From positions 1 through 64,000 of the forward strand of contig MQRK01235299.1 of NCBI GenBank assembly GCA_001938485.1: a stretch of DNA of 64,000 nucleotides, in the 5' to 3' direction. Below are positions 1 to 13,900 of the stretch, piece by piece. Under the pieces are notes generated by a model that worked only from the letters and a program-made list of their open reading frames with translations, did no database searches and had not been told where the DNA came from. Positions within the stretch are counted from its first letter, which is position 1; each line of letters opens with the position of its first letter. Position numbers and translations under genes: made by a program. Source of the DNA: Girardia tigrina. Taxonomy: Eukaryota.

Positions 1-178
1 GTTTTTCGGCACGAGCGCGAAGTAACAGGGTTATAAACATCCGAAACCCCACAGGTTGGAAACCACTGAATTAACGGTTAATAATTAATGGGACGCAACA
101 ATTTGTTTTTTAAAGGGGGGCGCACCAAATTATTTTTTAAAAAGGGGGGCGCCGGTACAAAAAGGTTGGAAACCACTG
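1..178. mobile_element. Two same-orientation right termini of hAT (Buster/Charlie-like) MITEs
   Basis: AGGTTGGAAACCACTG ending at 68 and at 178 (reverse complement CAGTGGTTTCCAACCT), each followed by nnnTAnnn. Confidence 0.55.
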
Positions 179-1716
179 ACTTAAGCTATCTGTATCACTC
201 AATTAAAAATATTTTTAAATTATCGAACCATAGGTGTAATCAGGAAAATATAATTTGTTTTGCTTCTTGGCTTGGGCCCAACCTTTCAATACTTATGTCC
301 CCTACACCATGCTTTTATTAGCTAATTTTCTAAGTATATGTACCACAAATTTGTTAAACGATTCTTTCACACACTTTCCGTAGTCCGATTGAGCTGAAAT
401 CTTGCCAAAATAGGTAATCCCGATTACAATAATTTATTCAATTAAAAAATTTACCATCTTAATGATTTATTTGTTACTTTTTTTAAAAAATTGCAATTAC
501 ACTCTAATTATTCTTTATTTATAAATTAAATAGAAAACCAAATAAATTCAAATTTATGTTGTTTTAATATTTGCCATAACAATAAATTTTGGTGTCTTCA
601 TAATAAATAGATTTTTGCACTCCTTATTAATTATAGTTTATTTGGTTATTCCTTTGTCATAAGGAATTCTCAAAAAATATTAATATACCATAATTTTCTT
701 TTGTTAAAACATAACTTTTCTTGGTTTTGATGCTGAAACGGAGTTACGATGAGGCTATCCAAATCAATATTTTGTTTTAAATTATTCTGCTAAAAAGTTT
801 CGAGTCGGACTATACAGTCCTAGATTCCACAGTGATTGCAGTTACACCTCACCGAAACACATTATCAAATGTTCCTTTTACCTGGTCGGTCATTTTATCA
901 CCCCAAGCAACTCAATCTGAAACTAGTTCAAATTGTGGACTCAAAATAAAAACTAAATCGAATTTGTTTATCGATTTAAAGGGGCTTTTTTTAGCATAAA
1001 GCATGATTTACAAATTCTTTTATTTACTAACTTTAAAAACACCGCACCTTTGAATTTTCTTAACACTTAAATTTCATAAATACTCACTTTATATTGTAAT
1101 TTATTTAACGGGATATAAAATTATGCAAGCATCAAAAATATGCTGATTCATCTTTTTCGACACGTATTCAATTTTTTTGCTTGTAAAAAATCTATATTTC
1201 GCTTACAACCTTGCAATATTCTGCGGCCTTTTGGGGGTATCCCCAATAGGCAGGAAACTACTGTTACAAAGAAACACCTGATTTGACCGATAATTGAATC
1301 AAAAAAAGATATTGCTGGTTTAATTTAAGACTTTCTACGAATGCAATTTTCTTTTCACTGGTGTATCACTATAGGAAGTGTCTAGTATAAAATTGTAATT
1401 AAATCGAAAAGTGAATTCACTCATTTACTTATATGATTTGCTTGTTATGATTACAAAGTTTCATTGCTGTATCATATATTTTTCTGTACGAATTTAAGGA
1501 ATTTTTTTCACACCTCTGTACTTAGTTATTTAATCGATATTTGGTTATCTGTATCAATTATTTTACTGAAAAACAGTTTTATTTTGTGGTTCGACCTCGA
1601 AACTTCTACTACATACAGCTATTATGATTAATTTTTTATTTATTATTAATCATAATTACAATATAAATTTATCGTGCCGATTGTTGTTCAATTTCAATGA
1701 CTTATTCCATCAACAG

Positions 1717-1909
1717 GCAGCTTGTGCACAAGGATTACCAGAATCTCGTGTCGGATCTCGAGTTAATCTCCCGAGGGGAAATGGCTCAACGACAGCGCGA
1801 TTACCATAAGCACGAGCTTCTGGGAGTTAACTCTGCTGGACACTCTGGGGCCGGACATAATGTTGCCATGCACAATTTCAAAGAGCGCTGCCGCGAGCGC
1901 GCTGTTGAG
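1717..1909 (+). CDS. Exon of ALMS-motif/CEP295-like gene (N-terminal helical region)
   Basis: caacAG acceptor, GC-rich open frame QLVHKDYQNLVSDLELISRGEMAQRQRDYHKHELL...RCRERAVE, GAG|GTAATC donor. Confidence 0.75.
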
Positions 1910-4900
1910 GTAATCGACAATGACCATTTTATTTTTCAGAAACCTTATCGATTTTTGTTCATATTTTTAATTATGGATTCTATATTAAAATAAGTTTTGT
2001 CAGACCACAAACCAACGATCAATAATTACGTTCAAATCGATATTTTTGGATTTTTTACGATCTTTTTGTGAGATTTTTTTATAAATATAAAAAGGGTCTC
2101 ACGGGGAAATTTCTTTATATCTTGTTTGAAAAGCAGTTACGATCTCGGTGAACCAAATGATCAGTGAATCTACACTATATAAAACATAATCCGATAATTT
2201 AAATGAAAATTAAAAGCAAAGTTATTTGAGACTTTCGAGTATTCTTTTGTAGGGAAATTTATCATGCTGTGTAACGTGTACACATTGCTTCTAATAGCTT
2301 AAATATCTGTATTAATACAATGAATTTAATTCTGAGATGTTAGGTATTCTTCCGTTACATATTTACGCATTGAATTACGAAATAATCTATTATCATATTT
2401 TGACTTCTACCATAAGCAATGCCAATGAATATTTCAATTTATATCGATTTTAAACCATTCGTTCCTGAATGTGTAGCTACTAACCAGCACGGTAACACGC
2501 GTATTTTTTAGCACGGTAAGGGAAAGTTGAATGAAATCATTGATATATACACATTTTAACAATTCATATTAAATTGTAGTTTTTATTTTCTACCATCAGC
2601 ATCGAGACACATATGGAAATTAATCAATTTTATTGTGAAAATTAGCAATTAGCAGCCGCTGAAGCTTGAAAAACGCAAGGAAAATGCAGTCAAACTTGTA
2701 AACCCTCTAAATTAAACGTTAAGGGAATTATAATATTTTTTTGAAATTGCAAATGCCAGCTAAAATTAAAACAAAAGAAAGGAAAGGGATAAAAGTCAGA
2801 ATAAGTTAAAACATCAAAATAACACTATAAATGTACACTTTGTTCTAGTTGTAGCATTGTCCTAAAGGTTGTATACCAAATAGTTTTTATCTATATACCT
2901 AAAGTTTGATAAAGAAATTCTCGATATTTCGTTGTCACACGAATTGATGCAGAAATAATGAGGAATCGAATTTCCAGCTCAACAACTGCGGTCAAACAGA
3001 ACGAAATCCACTTATATCCTAAACAGACGCTATCAATTGTTTAATGTTTATTATTACTTTTATTTTTCTTATTTACCATTTACAGTTGTCCCCGCCTAAT
3101 CCGCGCCCCGCTTATTCTGCAATTCCCGCCCAATTTGCGTTAAAATCATCAAATTATGAATTTTTGGCAGATTGGACTCATATTTCAATGAAAATTTCTC
3201 AATCTGCCTATCCCCGCCTAATCCGCATTTAAAAAACAATTTTAAGATTTTTATTATTAACGGGTGCGCAGGCAAAATCTGGACAAATTTTAAACCACCA
3301 TTGTGAAAAGATGAAATAAAATTTCCAGAAGCTGTTTATATTTTATTGAAGGGTAAGATGTAAGGAACAAAAAATGTTTACAGAATAATTGAAAGTGGTC
3401 CATCTCTATACACAGCACGAAGGCGTTTCTTAATCCCTTTGAAGTCCTTCCGCAACGTGGACTGATCCATTGTTTTCAACATTTTCTTAATCCTTTGCTG
3501 TAGTTGAGGGATTGTTTGAGCCTCCCAGCCTCCCTCATACACTTTCGCCTTTAGAGCGCCCCAAAAGTTCTCAATGGGGCGGCAGTATGAGACATTGGGA
3601 GGATTACACTCCTTGTCAACAAAGGGGATGTTGAGATGATGGAGAAATTTGAGAGTGCTGTTGGCATAATGTGCAGAAGCCAGGTCCGGCCAGAAGAGAA
3701 TTTCGTCATCTCGATGATATTTCTTGATAAACTTCATCAAACCTTGTCTGATGCACTGTTCTTGATAGAAATTGGCATGTACACTGTTTGGCCGCTGCAA
3801 AAATATAGGATCACTGATGTGGTCTGTGGAGACACAAAGCCAAACCATCAGCTGAACAGGGAACTTTCTTTCTGTTCTATATTTGACGTGTTCAGGAGCA
3901 GATTGAGGACTCGAAGTACAGTAGTGATCATTTCCTGGTAGATAATCACATTTCAACTTGACGTAGCTCTCATAGTCCATGATGATTTTTTTTATCAATT
4001 ATCATTATGTTAGGTACCCTAACCGGATGTTTGGTTCATCCCACATCGCCAGTTCTGCTTACCAAAAATGGCCCACTGAGCACTTTTATACTACGTATAT
4101 CTTCGACAAAAATATTAAAGAAAGATACACTTCGTACCCATTTAAAGTTTGAGATTAAGTTGATGACATTTCGTCCCATATCAGAAGATCTACTCCAGAT
4201 GATTTCAAGAAAATACTTACAGCAAATTATTAAATTATAAAAGTTTTAGAGAATGAGGAGTGTGTTGATAAAAACGTTTTAAAAAATGCTTATTCTTTGT
4301 TGGAATATGTGCAAAAAAGATCAAAATCAGAAAAACAGACAAATACACTTGATAATTATTTTATGAAAAAGTCTTTTAATTAATAAATGTTATTAGATTT
4401 CTTCAGTTTTTTCAATCCACCTACCCCGCTCAATCCGCCAAATTCTTAAAAACCCCGTTTCATTTCTAAGCGGATTAGGCGGGGACAATTGTACTTTAGT
4501 ATCGATATCAGTTTAGTTTTATTACCATAACTATAATAATGAGATCACATAACAAAAGAATAGGAGGATTTCGTTTCATTGCTTTTATGTTAATATTTAT
4601 TTCTATTTGAATAGTTACAATAATTTATTTATTTTGGTTAATGTCATCAGTTCTTACTATTTAATAATAATAATTTTATTATCAATTTTATTGTCCTAAT
4701 TATATATCAGTTATTTTAATGTATTAAATCTGAATAATCGATCAAAATTTAAAATAAAAATTCTTTTAAGGAGAAAAGTGTTTTTTCAATAGCTCTATAT
4801 ACTTATATTAGCGTGTTCTAGCGATTATATACCGTATTTATAAAGTTCTCTATCAAGACTGCTTTTACAATAACCATTTTCATGATCATATGCTTCTTTT

Positions 4901-7900
4901 TTGACAGAACACGCTTTCCAGAAACGAATTTGTATACGTTTGTCAGATAGAAATTAATTTTGCCAATATTGTTGGTGGTCAAACAATTCGTCAAGTTATA
5001 ACTGTGTAGATCATTTTAAATGCTTGTACGACCACGTTTAAACTATTAAATCAACTTGTAAACATTTGAGAATGATTGATCAAACTCATCTAATACTTTT
5101 ACACTCTTGATATGAATTCTTGTTGCCAATAAACCTTCTAAAACAACTAATTTTATCACAACACTTTATTTATTTTTCCCACCAAAAATTAAGCAGATAA
5201 GTAACAAACAATTGGCATATTAAAATAAAATCTTGATTTTATTGTTACGAAAAACGTTATAATAACACGACAGAAATTTTAATTTTACTACTCGATTGTC
5301 GATGTAGCTTCCATGACTTTTCATACAATCCTCGCATATTATTTAAAACACTTTAATATACGTTTCCTTCATCTTTAAACATCTTTTGATTGTTTGGATC
5401 ACCTCCTGAAATTTATTTCAGTCTTCTGAATTCCCCATATGGAAGATTCCCCCTATCGAAACGAATTAATAAAATAGTATGTAATATTTTAATCGAACAA
5501 TATAATTAAATACATCAAATTAAAAATTCCTTTCATTAGAATTAGTATTTTTCACTAATAATATTTATTTGTCTAATTTCTTTTTAAAGTTACATTTTAA
5601 AGTTTAATGACGTGTTATTCGGATTTTAGATTTTTGAAATTTATTTTAGTTTCAAATACTATTTATTTGTACAGTAAATATTTAATAATTAATGAATTAT
5701 TTTTATTAATGATACAATCACGGATAATTGTTTATTGGTTAATCAATCAGTCGGCAGTGATGGAATCTTTGAAAGATATCACAAACAAGGCACGTATTGT
5801 GGCGCCACAAGAGGCGGTCGCCAGTGATAAATTCGTTGAGGTTGGCGGGAGTGCATTGACACGTCTATACGATCGCATCCGCAGCAACAACCTACGACAA
5901 AATGAATGCCAAAGAGAGCAAGAGAATATCATGCTTAACGTGAGCAGCCTTGAATCACCGGACATTAGTCAACTATCAGGCAATGATCAGCCATCGCTCA
6001 ATATCAGTCCTGATATCGATATTGAAACTGTCACGTGCACTGATACAGAGGCGGTGCTGCAGAACGCCGTATCCGCGACCGGTCGCTCCGATATCGTACT
6101 CCACAAATCTGATGGCCTGAAATCAAGAATATTAATCGAGTATTGATTGATTGTATTTGGTCAGCCCCACTATTTATCGCATTACCTCTTCGTAGGAACG
6201 ATATTTTGAAGCTCGATGAACGATTGAATAACGTCTTGGAGACACATCAGCGACATGCGACAAATCTAGAAGTCATACCTCCCTCTGCCCGTATTAATAA
6301 TTCTATCCACTCGGACACTTGCAGTGATTCTTCTGTTCCACAGGTTTAATGATTATTATTATTTCTGACACGATCTGTTATCACTCTCAATTAAATATTC
6401 TCAAGTATCAGAAATTGATAAATCATCGCACCTTAATATAAAACAATTACCAATAAAAAATCAGATAAATTAAATATAACTAACTACTTTCCTGACATAT
6501 CTTAAAGTTTTATTATCTTTATAATCTAATTAATAAGCCTCCCCCGACTGAACGGATAACTGAGTATTGCAGAGACTGCAGTACCAGCATTGGCGTACAG
6601 GGCAGTGAGTCATAGACTCTGTATCGGGTAGAAACCAAAAATAGACAATACAGAGCCTACTGACTTTCTCGCACGGCTTTAGATGCAAGAATGCGAGCTT
6701 TCAGTGCACGGGCACGCTTCGGTTTCCCAGTCAGAAAGGACCAGTAATGAGCCCTCGTACCGTGAATCTGTAGAGCTTTGGCTGTGTAAACACGTTTCGT
6801 ACAATGAGTAAAGGGACATCGAAATATCCCAACATCACTTGTATTACGTAACCGAAAGTCGAGAACCACCCTTGGTATCACTCCTGAGTCCGTCTCCGCG
6901 GTACTGTCGAGTGACACTGGCACATCATGCATCGTTTTCGAAGATTTTGTACATCTTTCATCCACGTTATTTTATGAAGTACTAGTACCACTGGTACTGC
7001 CTTAAGTTCGGTGATCGATCAATAAGTGTCGATTTATACGTCTTGTGACAATTTTCCATGGGACATTGGAAAGGTTTTTCACCATTCTGACGATGCGGCG
7101 TCGTGACCGTATGTACTTTTTTGATGTGTCTTTTTAGTTTCTTCTGTTGCGCAAAAGCTTTGAAACTAGAGGGATTCGTGGATTGGACTCTTTTGATACG
7201 TGGCTGGAGCATTTTCGGATACTCTTCCTTGTTCAATCATTTCTGTCAGTTTTTCAGACTCAGTTCCTTTGATCAGGTGTTTGAATTTCTCGTCAGTGTC
7301 GCGAATTCCTCTCTCATTCAAGCATTCCTGGTATTCGACCAGATCTTCTTGGCCGCCAAATAACCAGAGCATATCACGGGAGATACGCTCTTTCATCAAC
7401 TGCTTTTTATAGCCTCTGAATTTTCTATTTCCTGAGACCATTTCAGAGTTTAATACTCTTTTTACCTCACGTACACCTTTCCCTCTATGGTACACAAAAA
7501 ATACAATACGCCATTTTACCAGTACCACACGCGCCTCGGACAAACGAATCGACATATCCGTATTACGTATTCTGTCAAGTTTAGTTTCACCAAGAGCAGT
7601 GCGTGTGCAGGTATTATGAAAAGCTTGTAGCCGGTCTACCTCTTTATAATCTAATTATGATTCTTTTGTCTTTTAAACATGACCATGATAATATAAATCT
7701 ATGACTAGAGTGTATTGATTGATAAATCTTACTCGAGTGGAAAGGCATCATTGGAAACTCGCGATTGCGACAGCGTGAGTAAAATCAGAGCATTCCAGCA
7801 GCAGGCCATCATGAAACTGAACGGACAGTTAAATCTCAGTCAAATCCGAAATCTCGAAAGACAAATATCGAATTTTTCGATATCGAATTCAGTGAGTTAT

Positions 7901-10900
7901 TATTAATAATAATAAAAGTAATCATATTTATGATAATTTTAAAAGTATTAATAATTAAATTTATTTTTGATTAAAATTAATTTTTAAATTAATTTTAAAT
8001 TTTTGTATTTTTTATAAATAATTTTTAAAAAGTTAACGAACTATTTCAAATTTCCAGAAAATATTTTTCCAAGATTTCATTTAATTAAATTAATGATTTT
8101 TTCAATGTTTTATAGAGTTCTCTGAGAAGCAAATCTGCCGTTGACAGTTTATCTTGTTCTCAGTATTCTCATATTGAGGGTAAATATTATTTTTATTCAT
8201 TTTTATTAGACTTGTGTAAAATATTGGCATAAAATTTTCAGTTTACAATGTTTTATTTATTTATTTAATATTAATAACATAACTAGGGAATTAAATCCCG
8301 GGATTCCGGGATTCCGGATATTTCACCGGAATTGTAATCCCGGGATTCAGTTATGAATTTCTTTTTATTTGTTTTTTTTTAACATTTATGTACTTTTTTA
8401 TGTGTTTAGGAGTATTAAGAACACCAATTTGATTTTTTATATTTTTATTTAAACAACAATTTTGATTGTCCTCAAAACAATCTTTGTCAAAACTTTCGTA
8501 CATTTGCATTCAAAGCGAAAATTGATTAATGGTTTAATTCTCATTACTTTTTTAGAAAATGGGGAAATAAATATTTAAATAAAATATTCACTCAAAACTT
8601 ATTGGATAATAATTAAAATGGTTATTAATTATTTAAAAAATATTAATTTGATTTATTTATTAAATATTATAAAACTTAATTAACTTATCTAAAATTTTAA
8701 AATTATATGAAATTAAAAATAATTTTAAACATTACATATTTTTAGATAATAAGAATTAAAACATTAATCATCCATCTGGGTAGGAGAGACACATTTCCAA
8801 ATCAACATACACATTCAAACACAAAACATCAAACATTCAAAATATTCCTCACAAGGAGTTTTCAAAAAAGAAACATTTTAAACTGTGAAATATCTCTTAC
8901 CATTGAATTTTTACGTTTACTACAGAGTAATACAGGGAATCATAATTTAAAAATGAAATACAATTTTTATTCTTTAAAATACAATTGCTTTTATTTTTTG
9001 AAATACATTTATTACCTCCAAAAATCTTCGCATCGCACTGTCAGCTCCCCAAATTTACCTTCCAGAGTCAGCTGATACTATTCGTCAAAGAGTGATGAAT
9101 TTCGCCACTATTATTGAAGAATCCATCAAAATGGATATAAACAGAAGACGTTTGGAAGGAGAGCGATTTTCACTAAGCAAATTGCTATTGAGGAGCTCCA
9201 AAAGCAGAAGAATAACATGGCGATCGCCCTAGTTAATGCATTGAAAAAAGAATCTCAGACCGAGAAAGCGTCCTGATGTCAACGATTAATGTCTTGTCTC
9301 GACAGGAATTACAAAATTCAAACAATGCTGATCTCATATCAATCATAGAAACTCTGACCACATTGACTGAGAAACTTCACCTGGTGCCTGGGACTGATGA
9401 AATCAGCATTGCGGATAAAGTACCACCAAAGGAAGTCACTATCGCTGAAAGGCTGACGGATGTGCTGAAAAATTGTCATCATTTATCGTATTTTCCAGCT
9501 GATGACAATGGGAAAGTCGCTATCAAAAGAGAAAGGGGAAAATACTGGAATCTCTATATAAAGCCTTAATTACCATTCAACCTACAACTATTGATACAGA
9601 GCGAGCCTTCTCTGCCAATGGTCTTTTTATGACAAAGCTTTTCTCCAGACTTTGTGATGATGGTCTTAGTAAACTCACCTTGTTGAAATTTTATTTTGCA
9701 CATATGGATGACTGTATTCAATTGAATTAAGTTGTATTAAATATATAATTTGTGGAACAAAGTTTTTCTTTATATAATTTTCTTTTTATAAATTTTATAT
9801 AAAGAACTTTATATATCAATCCCGAAAGTCTGGGATCCCGGGATTGTAAAATGACCGGGATTGAATTCCCTAAACATAACTCTAGAAATAATATGCCCAT
9901 TAAAAGGTATGTAAGTATTTCCAACATTTATATTTATAATTGCTAAAATTACTACAAAATAATTTCTAAGATTTATTAGGGAATCCTTTTGATTAATTAA
10001 TATAGTATCGTTATAAATACAATGCGTTATATATTACTCAGAATGGTGATAAAAATGCATACTTATTACTGAAAAAGTACTATATTGAGAATAAACAGAA
10101 AGCACTAAATAGAATAAAGATTCATAATCAGTAACTATGTACAGCAGCAACACTATTGCGAATACAAGCCTGTAGTCTACGTGGCTTGGATTCAACTAGT
10201 GTTTTACAGAGTCAGTAAATAGATATCAGTGTTCCAAATGTGCTTAATGCGTTTAATGAGTTCCTCTGTATTTGCAGTTGGCCTCTCATAAACCCGTCGC
10301 TTCGAATGTGTCCAGAAGTTTTCTATGGGGTTTATGTCGCATGAATTTGGCGGCCATTCTATGCAATGAATGCCGTAGTTGTCGAGGTGCTGACGTGTCT
10401 TTATGGATACGTGGAAGGGCCGTTGTCCTGTTGGAAGACCCACTGCCCCTGGTTGAACCAAAAATCAGCTGTCTTTCATTCCGTCAGTGTTATAAAATAC
10501 TGTACAAACAAAATACTGAACAAGTAAGCAAGATCGCACTCATGCAACATACTCTAAAATACAACCGTTCTCAGTAATATGAAACACATTGTATATCCTT
10601 ATGCTTGCTACACTCGCCTGAGAATGATTAAATTTTAAGTTCTATTATAAACATTGGTATATCAACGAAAGTCTTTGCATCTTTGCCGCTTAGCTGAAGG
10701 ATGTATCATCTAAATTATAGCTATTAAATATTTTTTCAGCAGAAAAATGAATTTCGACATCTTTTAGACAATCAAAATCAAGAATGTTTCAAAAATTGCT
10801 GATTATTCATATTTTGATTTACAATAATTAATTGTTTTGACTTCATCTCCATTGATCATATTTTTTTCTTTGGCCGGTACTAAACGCCTGAGATTTCTTT

Positions 10901-13900
10901 CATTTTGCAACATACTCTGGTCAAAAAAAATTTAGTGCTATATATAAGTTTTTCTATGCCGAAATTTAAGTTTAAATAATGATATATTGACCAATTTATG
11001 AAATGCAATTATGAAATGTAATTCTAAATGTGCAGCGATAGGACTTACTCGTTCACACTTGACCATTAAATGGGATTCTTTGGTAACAGAGTTGAACGTT
11101 ATGTTTAATCAAAATATAATAAAAATAGGGATTGATGAGAATGTATGTGTATGCGTCAATTTGTTTCGACTTTTTCTTTAAACATTCGGATTTTGTATTG
11201 AATTCCAAACAATTTTTAATGACAACAGAATTTTTTATTGAAAATTTCTAAAAGGAACCAGAACCGAACCATCCATTATTCTTTTTGTATTAGATCATAT
11301 TCTGTCAATAGAAGAATATCTGTCTAACATAATCGAAATCAGATCTTAAAGACACTAAAGACTCTTCATACATATTATTTAATAATTCTATTTAAAATTG
11401 GATAAAATCTACCGATTAAATTTTCCCTATCAAAATAAAAGTATTTTGGAATCATTACGAAAAGGATTTATATTTCAAAATTTCTTTGGCATTATTACTT
11501 TATTATCATTTTGAATTCGAGCCAAACCTTCTGTGACATTCTTGTAAAAAATAAAGTTATTTAAGAATAAGGGTTCAATATTTCATTTCTTTGTTCATCA
11601 GATTTAGTCTTCTCCAACTCTTGCTACGTGGTGCGCCCATTAAATATCCGAAATGAAGTAGAAAAGAACATGACACAAATAATTTTTAACCAACATTGGT
11701 GGATTCGTATATGTATTTATTTTTCAATGTAGGACTCACCATTCTGTACACACTTTTTCCAGCGTCATAAGATCTCCAAGAAGGAATTTTTGTAGAAAAT
11801 GGCCGGATAATTATCTAAGAATTCTTGTACCACCTCTTTTAATTCTACTTTTGTGAAATGTCTGCTTTGTAGGTGTTTCTTGAGATGGAGTAACAAATAA
11901 AAATCACCCGGAGTAAGTCCGATGAATAGGGAAGATGTGGGAGGCTGTGGAAACCCATCTTTTCTATTTTGCTTGTAAAGAATGCACCTGTGGGTACTGG
12001 ATCATTATTCTGGAGAAAATAGAGATTGCACTTGCAGAATAAACCAGCTGGACGTCTTGGTTTTCTGGACTTGCTCGACAGTTACATGAGTTAATTTTAA
12101 CATCATTGCCGACAAAATCTTTTGAAACCACGCTATGGAAATCCAAAAAATCGATAGCATAAGAGAATTCTGGTGACAATTTGATGCTCGTAGCTTCTTT
12201 ATGCTCGTCTCATTTGAGAATTTTTACTTCTTAAACTTATGTTTAGTTTCCGGTAGATAGAGAGATAATTGGGTTTCGATAACTGTCACGATGTTTTGCA
12301 GAAAAATATCTCCAACTTGCTACAATGTCATAAGATTACTGACATGAAGTGAGTGTGTTTTCACTTTTGAAAGAATGTTCCACTTGATAGAAAGCGTGGA
12401 ACGAACAGTGAATAATGTTTTCTCAGACCCATAAACTTTATTAAGAAATACAAACTTCCTTTGCTCACATTCAGATTGCTGCGTAGTCTCTATTTTAATT
12501 TTGACATTACAAACTGAATTTAGAAGCTATTTGAACTGATTACTTAATCTTTTTTCAGGGAAATATTATTAGGTTGAGGAATAAGTTCCCGCCGTTTTTT
12601 GAGTTTTTAATCAATTTTTGCATGTTTGGTTGGCTGAATTCTTCGAGTCAAGACCGGGCGATTTCTACAAGAGACATTGAAAAACTCGTTGAACGTTGGG
12701 AAGAAGTCGTGAACAATGGCGGAGATTATATTTGTGATTAATTTGTAGTAACTTTTTTGTTAAAAAATAAAATTTTAATTTTTCAAAAAACGGCGGGAAC
12801 TTATTCCTCAACCCAATATAATTAATTTATAAGAATAACTATAGCAACATTTTCTAATTTATTACTCCATAATACATAAAAGTCTTAATCGTATTTAGTT
12901 CATCTTATTAGTCCAAATATTTTCAAAATACATTGTAATATATTTAAAAAAACCTATCATAAATCTCAACTGAAGCAAAAAACACTTTCAGATTGTTCTA
13001 TTTTTTTTAAAAAACAATATTTCAACAATTTCTATACCAATTTAGTCGTTTTAAATGATTTTTACTGTATTTTTCCCTTTTTAATATCCGTTCATAATAT
13101 AAAGACCCTAGTTTAATATTCAGAGTCAAAGAATTATTTATAGTTAATTCTAATAAAATTATTCATAAAAGTTCAAACCACGTATTCTGTTAAGGCAAGA
13201 CAAGCTTCGTTGGTAGATCCTATTTCTCTATTTTTTTCAGAAAATGAGTTAACTCTTTTTTTTAAATATAAAGTGGTTTATGTATTTATTGTTAAATATT
13301 CATTAATTTTAAAAAAGTAAAATTAATTTCAATAATCAGATTCAGACAGCGAGTCTAAATCGAATAATGGTTCTCTATCCATTGTTAATGCATGGGTAAA
13401 AAGTCAACTATCCGAACCCCTCGACAAGTTACCGGAATGGGTTACCAAGTCTCATGGCCTCTTGTCTGATCTCATGTCTGACGTGAATGTTTCTATTAAG
13501 AGTAGTATACTGAATATTAAGTCGAATGCTTCAACCATAATATCAGAAAATGATGTCTCTTCGACTACAATCGCCAGTTCACTCAGTTCTACTAATTTAC
13601 AAATACAACCGTCTTTGACAGAAATAAGTGTTCTGAAGAATATTTCTCAGAGTGAACAATTTTTAAACATTGCTAACTCAAAAGAACACGATTATCTTTC
13701 CGATATGGGTTTATCGAATGATAATTTATCGATTACTAGTTCTAAATCCGCAGAAATACTTCAGTCCAATTATCCTAAGGAAGAAACGAATTACAGTTTG
13801 TCTAATTGGGATCTGGATTACAAACTCGTGTCGCCAGCAATTAGCAATTCCATTGAAGGTAATAAAGCGCTGAAAATATTTCTTTTTAAGTTTTTTTGTT

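Noticed and set aside
6657-7236. Host C2H2 zinc-finger transcription factor gene
   Set aside because: Frameshifted, contiguous with the LINE C-terminus and enclosed by the 17-bp TSD
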